Of a stretch of 64,000 bases of DNA, positions 1-14,142 are shown piece after piece. The position numbers and the translations under genes were made by a program. The stretch's first letter is position 1. Every line of letters begins with the position of its first letter. The notes under the pieces were generated by a model. It did not search any database and had not been told where the DNA came from. It was given only the letters and a program-made list of their open reading frames with translations. The DNA is from Chrysomallon squamiferum (lineage: Eukaryota; Animalia; Mollusca), in contig CM022671.1 in NCBI GenBank assembly GCA_012295275.1, positions 13,764,001 to 13,828,000 of the forward strand. Reading direction: 5' to 3'.

Positions 1-134
1 AGTGTTTTCTTTCACTTCTAAATATATCTGGTAAACGCAAAGAAAGAAACAATTTTCGCTAGGAAAAAAAGAAACAGGAAAAAAGAAATATTCTCATATG
101 TGAATTTCTCTGTATCATTTAGGTTATAAGCACT

Positions 135-1048
135 TGGTAATACGAATGTTGTGTCCGACTTCAACCAAAAACTCGGGAATGTACTTGAAACGTTTGACAC
201 GGTCCTGGCACAAGCATTTGAGTCTCCACTGGAGGCGAATATGACACTTGTTCTTGCGCTTCTTCAGGGGTTGCCAACTGCATCCTGTTGAAGAACAGTG
301 GATTCTTCACGCTGGAACCACTGGATAACTTTCCAAGCAGAAGGATGATGATGGCCAAACATGCTGAAAAACTTATTGTTCCACCCTTCACAAATGTTGT
401 TCGTTCTGTGGTCTCATGCATATTCCATAGAGAAGGTTGAAAGAGTGGTGGTGTGCGGCGAAGTCGGAGGTTTGTGGAGTCATCTTGGGATCCCATCATC
501 CGGAAGCTCCCACTCACATAATTCTTGTCAAAGTAGTCGACAAGTTCGGAAGCTTCTGGTGGTGCGTTGTCCTTCAGGTGAGCCATACCTTCGGGGACTT
601 CATCAGCAAGTAGATATGCAAGACCATCCATCTTGCCCCATAACATACGAAAGTCCTCATTGTCCCTTTAGTGATTGATGAGTCCAAGCTGCTGGACCTT
701 CTGCCACGTGTTTTGCGTAAGGTGGTAGAAACAACCCTTACTCTGCACGTCCCTGCCAAATACACCTGCTACTGGTCGAAGTACACCGTCCTCAAAGTCA
801 GTGATCACAGTCCGAACGTCCATCTCAAACCCGTACTCCTCACACTTGTCCACAACTGCTTGAAACAGTCAATCGTACACAGAACGGGACTTGTTCTGCA
901 GCTGCGCGTAAACACGTTATTCCAATGTCGCGGAAAGGAACACGAAGCACATAAACCTGGGATAACTGAGCTGGAGCCATGAAGAAGTTGCCATCCATGA
1001 AGATGTACTAAAGACGATGATCCTGCTAATAGTCTCGGGTCCATTGTC
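135..1048 (-). mobile_element. Degraded Mutator-like (MULE) DNA transposase remnant
   Basis: Minus-strand fragments in several frames give DNGP..SRIIVF, MDGNFF.AP, VITDFE..GCFYHLTQ..WQKVQQLGL, LVDYFDKNYVSG..PPLF.PSLWN and C-terminal EFL..VGHNIR, which are typical MULE transposase motifs. The frames are broken by frameshifts and deletions. No TIRs identified. Confidence 0.85.
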
Positions 1049-2870
1049 CTAGATTAGGAACGGCTCTGGATAAAATCTAAGGATACGATAAAGGGATAGA
1101 TCTGAGGACATAAAGAGAAGGGATTATCCTTTGAATGGGTCAATTAGAGAATGGCTTCTTAAATGGCTTCTTAAAATGATATTTGAGACATTTAAAGAAC
1201 ACACTGGATAGGTCAAAGACTCAATGACAATTAAAACTCAACTGGGTAAGTTAATTGGGAAACTGACTTATGTTAGATAAGTTGAGATATAGATTGACAT
1301 AGTGTTTATGGTGAAACATGGATTATCGATTGGGGAATGATAATTAATGGGTGAAAGAGGTGCATATTTATGATGGAATATTTAAGAAGCATTAAAAATA
1401 TTAGTTTGGCATAAAAAAAAAATGTTTAATATCTTTAACATATTTAAAATAGGAATTTTATGTGCATGTGATATGACTGCTCTGAGATAAATTTGCGATG
1501 TACAAAGTTTCAAACCTTCGGCTTCTGAATCGCTTTATAGCAGACTAATAAATATTCTACAGTTAAATTTATTCCCACTGAAAGATAATTATTACTATAG
1601 GTGATTCAGCCGCAGATCTCTTTAAAGAACGGTTGAGATGAATACTTTAAAAAAGAAAATTAAAAAATAGTAAAGGAGGAAAGAAATAATAATAATAATA
1701 ATTAAAGGAAAAGGACACAAAGGAATGAATGAAAATGTTAGAAAAGAAAGGAAGATGTTAAAATAAAAATACAACTACTGCTTCGAGCAGTTTGCTTATC
1801 AAGTCATCGGGTTCTTTTGTTTTTGTTTTTTGGGGCTTCTTTGTTTACTTAGCCTTTCTAAAAGGAGGAACTAATATATACATATTGTAAATTACATTCT
1901 GATGGAATCGTTTTAATGATATACTTCAAAAATAAAAATATCCATGTTATTTTCAGATTTGCAATACGCAGAAAGGCGATGCAGTGTCTGAAGGGCATTC
2001 AGTAAAACTAAGCAACTGCCGAAAAGTGATACTCTAACTGGTAAGAGGATAAGTTCTCCTTAATATATTCATTCAGGGGTTTTTTCACGTTTCAACACTG
2101 GTATGAATTTTCTAGAAAAGGAATAGGTACTGCGATAATGGTTCAAACAAGCGCTGAAGTTAGTTATTTTAGGAAACTAGCTGAGTAAAATCTAAATTTG
2201 CTCTCGTCACCGACAACAAAATATGATCGAGATTAATAAAGCAGGGCGCAGGGAGATAACACAACAATAAACTAATATGATAGGTCTTAAAGGATAAATT
2301 CCAGGGGCTAAACGTACTAGATTCACTAAAGATTTACGTCAGTGAATATTTCTGGCGACTATTTTTGACGTTTAATTGTTAAATATTAAAAACAGCCTAA
2401 AGATAATGCTAGCTATTTTCAACGAAAATCAACAGGATTTCCTTGTCCCAGAATCCATTTTACAAAAATATTTTTCAATTTTTGTTTATTATTCTTTGAT
2501 TTATTAAAGGACGTGATAAAGTAGGAAAAATAGATTGGTGCTGTTTTGTTTAATTTTTTGTTTAATTTTTAATTTTAAAAGTTTATGGAGGTTGTATTAA
2601 TTAATTAATTTTATTTTTATTATTGTTGATTATTCAGTTATTCAATTATTTTATTTTATTTTATTTTATTTTTTTACTATGTTGAACGCTTATCACATAA
2701 CAAACATTGAACTTAAAATACTTGGGTCGACAGTTGAACTGTTTATTTATTGTCTGCTAAGTTAAACTGTATCTTTTCAGAATTAACTACTTTCTGAAGA
2801 ATACCGTTTCGAAAACAACAGTTTATGTTTTGTTTCATGTATTTGAAGTATGATCTTACTTTGTGAATCA

Positions 2871-2982
<112 letters not shown>

Positions 2983-5518
2983 AGAAACTTACCACAGTAA
3001 TAGCATTTTAATAAATTCTAATAATAATTTAGTAATGTTAAAACTCTTTAATTATGTTGCTTGGCACATAATCAGTTAAATTATGATTCGAGAAAACAGA
3101 TAGATGTTTGTTATTTCACACACTTATCTCTTACAAACTCTGTATGAGTCATAAAACAAGACTTGGTTTGGTTATTTATTTTTCAATAATAAATTCCTGT
3201 GCTTCTTTTCTGCTGAGAAAACGAATAAAAATACAAGAGAAAGCAAGGCCGACCCGTTTTAACACTAGAACGGCCCAGTAATACAGATAGCAGACACATC
3301 TCTAATTCTTTTTATATTCTCACTTCCCACAAGTATGGGATAGTATACATACACCATATAAAGCACTGACCTGTTCAAGGCCATGTCGGTTTAACTTGCA
3401 TGATATACGTTGATTAACTGTCACATTTACTGCGTGATCATTATTTCTGATGAATAAGCAACATTTAAAATAGTACGTTGACTTATCTATCAACACTTTG
3501 GTACAGAAAGTTAAGAACAAGCATGTTTTTCAGAAATACCAAGACAGATTTTCGTTTATTTTTTTATGTAAATTGATTTCTTTTGACGATGCAAGAAAGA
3601 AAATCCAGTCGCAGTTTGTTTTTCGTAAATTTATTATTATTATTTTGTTGTTGTTTGCGATTTTTAATATTTTCTAAATAAACGTGATGAACTGTTCATT
3701 GAAATAAATGATGAGAAAAATATTACAATTAAATTTACATCCATTTTGTTTTCTTCAAGAAAAGATGCTAAGTTTTATTTTCTTACTCGACTTGCTTGGT
3801 ATTCTTTTAAAGATTAATCGTTTGTTTCTTTCTACTGAAACTCGTTTCGTCATAAATATTATGTGTATAACAAAATTGCTGCCCTTACTTTTTTCTGAAA
3901 TTCTTGATGCGTTATTTAAAAAAATAAAAAATAAAAAAATAAAAATGGCCACGGTGTGCATATTTTTCAATAATAAAACATCAAAAAGTTAGCTACCCAG
4001 TTTCCCCTGCTTGTTCAAATTTCTCGTTACTTGGTGTATTTATTTATTTAATTATTATTTTTTAAAAATACAAGTATTTAAAATGATATTCTGAAACAAC
4101 AATAATCATTTTATTAATAATAAATAAGTAAATAAATAAATTTAAAAAATGTTTTTAACCTTAGTCCTCGGCCTCGCAGTACCTTTACAATGGATGACCT
4201 TAGACCTCAGGTGGCGACCTCTACCTCGGCAAGACCGGTCATACTCCTATTGTTGTATTTGTTTTGTTTTGTTGTTTCTGTGGAGCGCTTTTTAGTAGGG
4301 GATCCCGATGTTGTTGTTTTTTTTTAGTTTTTTTTTTTATGGTAGGTTTATTTTTATTGCGTATCTTTTCTTTTTTCTTTCTTTCTTTCTTTCTTATTAT
4401 TATTAGAGTAGTAGCAGTAGCAGCAGTTTCCTTTTCTTATTTTTTGTTTTAAAATCCTACTGTTTTTGTTTTGTTTTTTCCCGTAAAAGCCACGCGTTGT
4501 ACACCTGCAAATAAAGAAACAAAGCCGCTTGACATATTTTTAAAATTAACTTTGCACAAAACAACTGCAGTAGCAGTATGTTGACGAGGAAATCACCCAG
4601 ACCATGTCAACAGAATCGATTAATTACAAGCAAGAAATATCCCAGTGTCCGCTTCCTAATTACTTGGAACAAGAATCAATTAGTCCAATTATCATTCACG
4701 TACCAATTAGGTTTAGATTAATTAAAAAATATCAGATATACGGTCTAAGATTGAAAAGCAGGAAAATTACTCTTTAAATCCTTTTTTTTTTTTTTTTTAA
4801 ATAACAAAATAACAGCAAATACTACAACAAAAAATATTTACTTCATGGCCATCGAACTTTTAACCTCTGCTCTCGAGTGCAATCTGAGTATGTCTGAAAA
4901 TTAATTAAGAAGAATAATACATCTTTGTTTAACAAGGTGTCAAAATCGTTAATTTTGTTTTTCTCGTATTAATTAGTTTTGAGGTTCAGAAACAACTTAT
5001 TTACTAGGAAGCTGAAGTTCCCGAGGAAAACAATAACCTCATCCTAATTTGATTATTTTTCGCTTGAACCGGGATAAGTTCAAGAAAGCAGGTTCAGATC
5101 ATTGGTTACTTCTCACTGACTACTTTTTTCTATATGGTATATTTAGATAATGATAGATTTGGTTACTGTCATTAGCTAGCGGTTTGAAACCAGAGTTAAC
5201 TTCATCAGTGATTAAAAAACGACTGACATATTTTACAATGTTAGTTTATTCAGTTATATTAAAAAAATAACTTTATCGCAGTGTTATAGGTCCTTAGCAT
5301 AGTAGAGAGAGAAAGACAAAAGATGAAGCACTATGACAATATATATTATGTAACAGAATGTTATAAACGCTCTCTCTGTCTCTCTTTCACATACACATAC
5401 AGAGATAAAGATAAGCGTTACTGTTTAATAAGTATATTTTCAAATCAGTATATCTTTATACGGAAATATGTCTAAGCAAATATACGTAGGTACGTACGTA
5501 CATACATACATACGTTTT

Positions 5519-5597
<79 letters not shown>

Positions 5598-5629
5598 GTT
5601 TTATATATATGGAGAGAGAGAGAGAGAGA
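5519..5629. repeat. (TA)n/(AG)n microsatellite cluster
   Basis: Directly visible. Confidence 0.95.
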
Positions 5630-6144
5630 TATTTAAACTTATTTTATCAGATGTCCTAAAAGTTGTTTCCTTACTTCTCGCAGTAATTAATCGACAGTAA
5701 TGAATTCATTTAAAACTGTTTGTGTTCGTCTTTAACTTTCATTTATGTGAAGTTTAATGTGTCGATTATTATACAGCATACTGTATCAGCATCTACCGAA
5801 TAATCTTTATCAGTCCTAACTCCGTCTGTCACAAACTAATAAGCACAGCAGAGCGTGCCCATAACTGTTTAATGAAAGGACAGTGTAGACAATTAAAATA
5901 AAATATCCTTTGTGACAGAAGACAACTGCAGCAATATAAATCTCGTACAGTACTAATAAAAAATTAAAATAAAAAAAGGAGAAAAAAGAGCAAGAAATAA
6001 ATAAATAACAACGTATCATCCAAACCTGTCAACATTTAAAATTTAAAATTTTTTAAATAGGTCGTACAGTGAAATTCAACATCATTCTTATCATCTGTCA
6101 TCTCTGCATGTTCAGTACTTATACTGTGTAGTAGTAGCAGTAGC

Positions 6145-6541
6145 CAAGTCCCAGATTTCCCATATAGGCTTTCTAGGCTACAGCCTAGGGCGGCAGTTTA
6201 TGAAAATTGTTACTGCCCAGTGTTGCCAACTGTAGCGCTTTTTTAGGAGATTGTGCCCTAAATTATTGAGTTGTGCGTTTTGTTAAATTTTGGGTTCTTT
6301 TGACCTAATTCAATTAAATTATTATGAATAAGAATAAATATCTATTGCACAGAAACTTTGCTTAAAATACTGATATTTGTTTGGTGATAGGTGTGCGCTT
6401 TTTCAGTAAGAATTTGTGCGCTTTTCCATAAGTTATAAAAAATAATATATTTCATATTATATAATAAACAAAGTGGGCTTGAAGAGGGGGCGGTAAAATT
6501 TGTATGTCCTATGGGCGACTAGCACAATAAATCCGGCACTG
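6145..6541. mobile_element. Non-autonomous hAT-like MITE (older insertion)
   Basis: Imperfect TIRs: left CAAGTCCCAGATTT versus right AAATCCGGCACTG (reverse complement CAGTGCCGGATTT). Flanked by near-identical 8-mers gcagtagc (6137-6144) and gaagtagc (6542-6549), consistent with an 8-bp TSD carrying one mismatch. GC-richer subterminal regions, AT-rich middle. Confidence 0.6.
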
Positions 6542-6803
6542 GAAGTAGCAGTAATAAATAAATAAATAAAAAGATAATTCTAATTTTTGTTTGCTTTTTT
6601 AAAAACTACATTGACTGTGTGCATGAATTATGACTGATTGGGAGAAACTTAAAAAAATATTTTTCCGGTTACGCTAATTTGTTTATTTTTTAAAATATGT
6701 TATTATTAAGTTTTTCCGAGAAGGAAAGGCGGAATCAGGATTTAACAAAAATGATATGGAATGTACATTTTCCTGTAAACATCTGAATTCCTGGATCCAA
6801 GAA

Positions 6804-6806
<3 letters not shown>

Positions 6807-6872
<66 letters not shown>
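6807..6872. repeat. (AG)n microsatellite
   Basis: Directly visible. Confidence 0.95.
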
Positions 6873-6875
<3 letters not shown>

Positions 6876-7571
6876 AAGGATTATGTACTTCTCGCTGCAC
6901 AAGCGTACATTAGATAATAAGTGAGCTGTTTGCACACCCCCAGCGAAGATAAACCGTTAAGTATCCCAACACCCAGCAAACATGCCAAGGTTGCGCGTTA
7001 CGTCGACGAGTGTCAGTGAACGAAAGTTGGAGTTTTCGCAACATTTCACATGTAAGGCACGTGCTCTCGTACTTTACAGAGAAGCTAATTTGGAAGGATT
7101 TGTGTATTACGTGATTCATAGGCCGTTCTAGGTTAAACGTTATTTATATGCAGATATTCCAGTTACGTGAGAAACAGCAATAACCAATAGCAATCTTAAC
7201 TAGTTCCAGAAAAAAAAGAAAAAAGATCATGGTTGATAATATATGCTTGTGCGTATGTGAATATGACACAGTCACACGCACTCGCACCCATACAAGAAAT
7301 CAGTAATTATTACATTAACTATAATCGTGAAATTGGTTTTGTATTGGTTAATTATGCGACTTTAACATTTAAATTAAATGGTGTAGCCAGAAGACTGAGA
7401 AATAAATAAAATAAAAAATAAATAGAAAGTAAACATAACAAACAAATTTCCCCAAAATTGTTTTAGTTTTCCAACGTGGACAGTCAGAAAATTAACAACA
7501 GCAGAAGAAAGAAAGAAAGAAAAATAATAAATATAACAAAATAAAACATTAAAAATAATAATAATAATTTT

Positions 7572-7608
<37 letters not shown>

Positions 7609-9769
7609 AGAAACTTCAGAAATCATTTATTTAGTAACTGCATAGTTTATCATCGGTATTTTTATTTTATTTTATTCTTTTCCCAATGTCAAATATATGT
7701 TTAAAAAATAAACTACATTTCAAGGACACGCTTATCAGTAAAAGTACCACACACTTTTAACCTTTTTATGTCAAGAATTTTACAAGACCATAATTTGCTT
7801 ATTTAACCATATGTTTGATGTGCAGCCAAAAAGAAGAATAAAACTGCCTATGATAGCAGATTTTTTTTCCCCCTTTCCCATCGCTATCTTTCTTTCCAGA
7901 AATAGGATCCACACAGGCAACAAGTTGTATTTTTTCTTGCTCCGAGGTCTTTCACTAGAAGATTCTTAATACCGCAACATGATAAACACTATTGAAAATT
8001 TCATCAGAGAGGTTCCTGCGTAATGTAAGAAGTTGATCGAATTTCGTAAGAATAAGGTTAACGAAGAAAACGGTCACGTACACTGAGCTACGTAAATAAA
8101 ATAATAATAATAATAATAACGAAGAAGAAGAAGAAGAAGAAGAAGAAGAAGAAGAAGAAATAATAATAATAACAAATAAAATTAAAAATAAATTATATTT
8201 AATAATGTATAAGTTTTGTCCTGTTCCATTACTGCTACACATTTAAGTTACTGACTAAAAGAAGACTTCATGGTATTTTTTTATAGTATGTAATTTGGGG
8301 GTATTAAGGTGAAAACCTGCTTCCTAATCACGAGTTACTCTTATAAACAAGGGGCCTTTTTATCCTCTGTTTGCAGGAGCGTCTGATAAATCAGCCATGA
8401 CCGGAACAGGTAATTGTCCAGCTGGTGTATTAATGAGACTTGTTTTGTGATAGTCTCTATCCACTGTTATATAATATTATGTACTCTGTATGCAAGGAAT
8501 AAAATATAGCAAGGAAAAACATTGTAACTTGTGAAACAGAGTTCTTACAGATTTCCTTTTAGTGATACTGCAGGGTTAATGTCACCAGTATTTTTTTCAA
8601 TCGTATAAAAATCAGTACAAAAACTGTGTGAGATCGACAATATATTTTATTCTGTATATAGTCTGATTGCTCAGTCTGATAGAATTTTTTGTTACTATTT
8701 TATATATATATGTACTACTGTGATAACCATCTGTATGGTATTGGCTACAATTAGAAATCGCCCGTGTGACATTTTGATGAAAACTAATTGCTATTTCTGA
8801 ATCCTGTTTCTTAAAATTAAAACAGAGCAGTAGCTATCATATACTGAGATTAAAACGATAAAAAAACCCAGTTTAACAGTTTATTTATGCATTATATTTA
8901 CTCAGCATATTTTCTGTCTCTTAACATACTGTCTCACTAACCTAAAAACTGATTAGGTCTTGTTTTGATAAAATGCTTTTAGTGAAAAGATGTTTTATTT
9001 TCCAAATAACAACAGAAAACAATGTTAACAGCTGAACCTTTCAATTACTGCATGATATTTCAATACTCAGCCAGAGATTAAGCAGTTACTACAGACTTTT
9101 TCTGATGGCAGATCCATACTTACATAGTTATTTCCTGTGTTTATTTTTTATTTATTTAATGTTTTGTGTTTCATGGTATGCTCTGACATGTAAGTTTTAA
9201 CTTATGTAGGATTTCAATCAATGATCCAAATATAGAAGCAGGGGAGTTTCTTTAATTTATCTATTTATGAGTTAGTAAATGTTTTATTTTGTAAATGTAA
9301 CAGAAAACATTTTAAAATCAAATGAAATACTGAGTTCTTTTATTATTACTCATTTGCTAATATGCACATCTTTAATTGTACTGCAAGAATTATTTATGAA
9401 AACAAATGTAATTATAGATTTGAATTGATGAATATGAAACAGAATTAGAATCAACAAAAAAAAGGAGAGCCATTGTATCACAATATTCTCAGTTTTTATA
9501 AACAGTAAGTTATAATAAAAAAATAACAATAAATAAATAAAATAATCAAATAAATAAATAAAAATCTGCAGTACTGGACACTGACATCTCACTTTTTGCT
9601 TCAGTTCACAGTTTCAGTATTTTGGTATGATAGTTAGTTTAATTAGTTTTCAGAGTCTTACCATACAAGCTTAAAATTGATTAAGTTAAGCAATATTTGA
9701 TTTACATAATACATTGTATCTTTCTCATAAAAACAAAATACAAACACAAAAATGATAAGACTGTTAACA

Positions 9770-11223
9770 TTAAGAGTCAACTATCTCATCTAAATCATAC
9801 ACACTGATAACTTCTGAAATGATATCTTGTATTATGTTCAGTGAAATATCCTCTGCAAATACCTGAAAAAAATGTAAGATCACTGTTATGGCTCAAGATA
9901 GTCAAAACTATTTTACATGGGTTGTTATTTGAGAACAAGGTGAGTGTGTTTAAAATATTGAATAAATGTAATCTTTTTAATAATTTATGTAACCAAATAT
10001 TCCTGCATTCGGAGTTCATAAAGCTATTACTGATTATAGAAACATTTATGAACAAACATAATTTATAATATATGTAAAATAACAGCACACAAATAAATGA
10101 AGCAGAACTCTTTAAGAATCTGGGTTTCCTTTGTTGCTGTTCATATTAAAAAATCCTAGTGTCATTGTATGGTTTATAATTCTGAAAAACCCAGAGTAAG
10201 TTAAAACATAGTAGAGCATACCCTGCACAAGGATTATAAACAATATTAAACCAATAACAAAAAATTAAACTACAAAACTGCTATGTAAGAAGTACCAAGT
10301 TGGAGAAAGTCTAATGTATGTAACTAACAAATCCAGAATACTGGAATTATATTTTCTAGCAACCTGAGTATTCTACCTGTACCAATGTTAAAATATATTC
10401 ATTTAAACTATTTATTAGTAGATTAAATTGTGAAAAAGAACTGATGTTAAGATTTGATTTTTGCACTAATCAGTGACTTATGTTTTGTCATAATCAGTTG
10501 TATTATATATAACTTTATACATACAATCTTGTCATCTATGTTTTTTGTCTCATAGATCTATACACATTTTGTTACATCTCTTATTATTCTGTATCAGTTA
10601 TATCTTTATACACGTAAGTATCTGTAACATATTTTCATCTATTTCTTACTATTTTGTTAGATAACGCTTTATAGGCAACAGTAGACAAATCTGATTATTC
10701 TGAAAGTTAAGTTTTACCTTCCACCATTTGGTGTCACATTCTTTGTGATAAGGAACTTCAACTCCCAGAGACAACATTGAAAAGTACAGGACAGCCACAG
10801 CCATGTGCTGGGGTTTGTACCTCAGACAGAGGTCACCATGGTAACTGTCCCGCAGGTAGGACCAAGCTGTTCTTGCTATTGGAAGTGCTTCCCATTTGTA
10901 TGATGGAAACCAATCTTGAAGATATTTCAAATAATGGAGAAGATACTGAAAAATTCAGAAGACGAAATGATGGAACTATAATAATGATATAATAATAATA
11001 TACTGGTGTGACTTACAGACACACAAAGAAACGTGTATTTTTATGCATTAACATATTAATAATAATGACTGAAATAATAGGTAATATATAAATGAAATCA
11101 GAAATAATAAGACATTTATGCAAGTATCACATCTGAATATGAATATTTGTATTAATTTCTGATCCAGAAAATTCTGTACAACAAAAAGTAAAACATATAT
11201 GAATAATTTGTAAGAAATTTAAT

Positions 11224-11261
<38 letters not shown>

Positions 11262-13557
11262 TAGATATTATTTTGGAAAAAGAGAACAGAAATTTATTTT
11301 TTAATAATAAAATTAACATTTGATAGAAACAGAAAATTTACCTTATGAGGATGAATAAAGCAGACTTTAAATCGTAACATTCGTAAAATAAACAGTTCAC
11401 AATTTGCCACTGTCTCACGTAAAGCCCAAAAATGTTCTCCAATTTCCAATAATGGTTTTGTTTTATGTAAAACCCTGAACAATAGAATGAAAGCATGCCA
11501 GAATAATGTTTAATTTTAACATACATAATATCGATTTAAATTACCTAAGTATGCAAATACTAAAAATTTAAAATTTAAAAGGATTTTGAATTCATTGTTA
11601 ATAAACCAGTTATTTGTGATCACTGAATGTGAATTATAACTCATCCCACCATATATTATATTTCCAATTTTTTTTTTACTTTTTATACTTAAAATCAGCT
11701 CTTTACTCCACTGTCCTTGGTTAGTTTAAGATGGCTGACATGAAATACTTGGTTAGTTTATGATGGCTGACATGTAATACTTGGTCAGTCATATGTTTAA
11801 AATTTCATTTCAAGATTAGTAACAATGGAATAGGCCAGTTTGGAGATGAAATATAAAATTTTTTTTATAAAAAAGAAAGTCTTGATTTGACAGATACACA
11901 GAGATTACTTTGTATGTTCATATATTTCATTTTATTTACATTTTACATAACACATACCTATGACAAACATTGATAACATCTCTAAGTTTCAAATGTTCTT
12001 CTTCAACTTTTCCTGCTAAATATATACATGTCATAGCAATCAGCTGGAAGTAAATATAAATTATTTAAACTGAATGAAAAAACACTGACATGTGGAACTA
12101 GTTATTCATTTATTTATCTAGGAACTCAAAGTAAGTTTTAATTTCTTACACAAAACATATTAAAAATAAAATAGAAACCTTTTTATATACCAAATATATG
12201 ATTATTAATATATTATTAATTTATATTTATACACCCATCTCTTGCTACTTTGTTTATGACAATGCTCTGATATGATAAATTAATAACTAACTCATTATTA
12301 TTATATATCTTTAAAAATATTTTAATTTTTTAAATAATTAATTTATTTACTTATTTTTGGGCAGTGATCAGACGTTGACATTAACATGTATGAATAAATA
12401 ACAGTAAAAATATATTTAAAAGATAATATACATATGGATCAAAATCTTGTAAACTATTTTCCTTGAAGAACTTGTAATACAAAACTGAAGCTGTTGCAAG
12501 TGGAATGCTCTTCATGTGTAGTCTTAGACCTGTGTGACAGAAATCATGACCAAAATTTATAATTATTTCATCTTTTTAATAAAATATATGTTTATCAAAC
12601 AGAAGATAATTACAAATAATTATGCCATTGCCTGATGTGTTTGTTATCACCATCTACAGGATGTAGGCATTTAGAGGCACTAATGTTAGTAAATTCAAAT
12701 TGAGACAGTAATTTATTATTGTGATGATATAACACTACCCTTACCCACTAGATAAATAACACATCAGCAAAGAGTACAAAAATATGTTTTGTAATAATGC
12801 AAAAGTAATTAAACTGAACTAAATTATCTATGGTTTTGGTACCCTAATTAAAAAATAGAATCAGTCAATTGAAACCTATTTAAAGAGAGAATCAAGATAT
12901 CAGTTTCAATTTATGTTATATGTATTAGTTTATATGCCATTAATGACAAAGATTCCACTGCAGAATTATCATACCAAATCTTGCTGCCAAACTCACCATA
13001 ACTTACATTAATTAATTATTTAACTTAAACTAAAATATAAAGACTACCTTTAAGAGTTCATCATCATGTATTTTCCCATAAATAAAGTTTATTTACTTAT
13101 TATAATCATTAATAATGCTTTATAAAAAGTATATTTGTCATTGCTTTATCTTTTCCCTATTTCACGTATACAGACAGTCTAGGCAATCTTAGGATTATAT
13201 ACCTATAAATTAGTATTACTTTAATAAGATTGTCTGTGGTCAGTATATAGAAAACAAATATATGTACTGAATACTAAATTCACAGATATCCGAAAAAAAA
13301 AAAAAAATGATGATTTAGAATATAAATGAGCTACTTTAAGCTATTTTAAAAATAGGTCTAATTATCTAAATTATCACAAAGAAAAGATTTATAAATCATA
13401 ATTAACTGGAGCGCCAACAAACAAATGGAAAATCCGAAAATGACCAATGTGCAATGTCTCTTAATTATTATTATTATTTTTATTATTATTATTTTTTACC
13501 TGATTCATGGATATATTTGATAACACGAAAATGCACCTTAGTTTGACTGTCTACCAT
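9770..13557 (-). CDS. CCNQ: Cyclin-Q (cyclin M / FAM58A, CDK10 partner), 6 coding exons, about 231 aa
   Basis: Exons 13500-13557, 12432-12529, 11958-12043, 11342-11474, 10718-10945 and 9770-9862 all have GT-AG boundaries and compatible phases. Translation: [123 protein letters not shown]. This matches the recalled human cyclin-Q sequence along its length. Confidence 0.95.
11716..11789. repeat. 32-bp tandem repeat (about 2.3 copies) in CCNQ intron 3
   Basis: The unit cttggttagttta(a/t)gatggctgacatg(a/t)aata starts at 11716 and 11748, with a partial copy at 11780. Confidence 0.85.
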
Positions 13558-14142
13558 ATTAATTTATGTAATGTTGTGCATCTATCTCGATATCACTTCT
13601 TTTAAATGAGTTTACAACCAGCTGTTCTAAAAATACATTATCAATAATCTGTCTTTAGCTTTTCCTCCTTATTATATGCGATCCATCTGTAACTATCGAT
13701 ATATTTTTCTGGCACTGCACTAAGCAATGTGTATATATGTATATATTACAGGTAATATGATTTTTTTGTCAGCTCATACGTATTTTATCTCTTTCACTCA
13801 GGGAATCAATCTGTACATTAGCTGGAAAAAAATTCAAATAATATACTTATCACCTGAAATATACTTCACTAATTTATACAGCTTATCTAAACGTGCAGAA
13901 TTGGTATTGAAAAGCCTTTAGACCAATGTAGACCAAATCCTCAGTTCAAAACAAATCTTTTGATCAATATAGTCCAAGTTCTCCTTGACTTGTCACTAAT
14001 CCTGTCTGTAGAACGTGCACAATAAAGTTGTACCAGCCTGCCAGGAGGCAGATGTGATTTGCTGGAAAAACAATGATTGATTTATGTTGCTGATTTCCTT
14101 TAACTCGCTTCATTTGATTGGTAGGTATAAATATGCTGGTGA

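Noticed and set aside
1050-1380. Purine-rich stretch next to the MULE remnant, possibly a LINE fragment
   Set aside because: No convincing reverse transcriptase or endonuclease motif.
1957-2040. Exon-like segment bounded by tttcag and gtaag
   Set aside because: It has stops in all three frames and no recognisable protein. It could be a non-coding exon but cannot be supported.
10520-10621. Apparent alternative or duplicated last exon in CCNQ intron 5 (acceptor at 10622; broken VYKDITD..IIRDV..IYET)
   Set aside because: In phase it gives only ILTCIKI*. The resemblance needs frameshifts in AT-rich DNA, and a clean homologous last exon exists at 9770-9862.
11716-11789. 32-bp repeats of CRISPR-like length
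   Set aside because: The copies are directly adjacent with no spacers, lie in a eukaryotic intron, and there are no cas genes.
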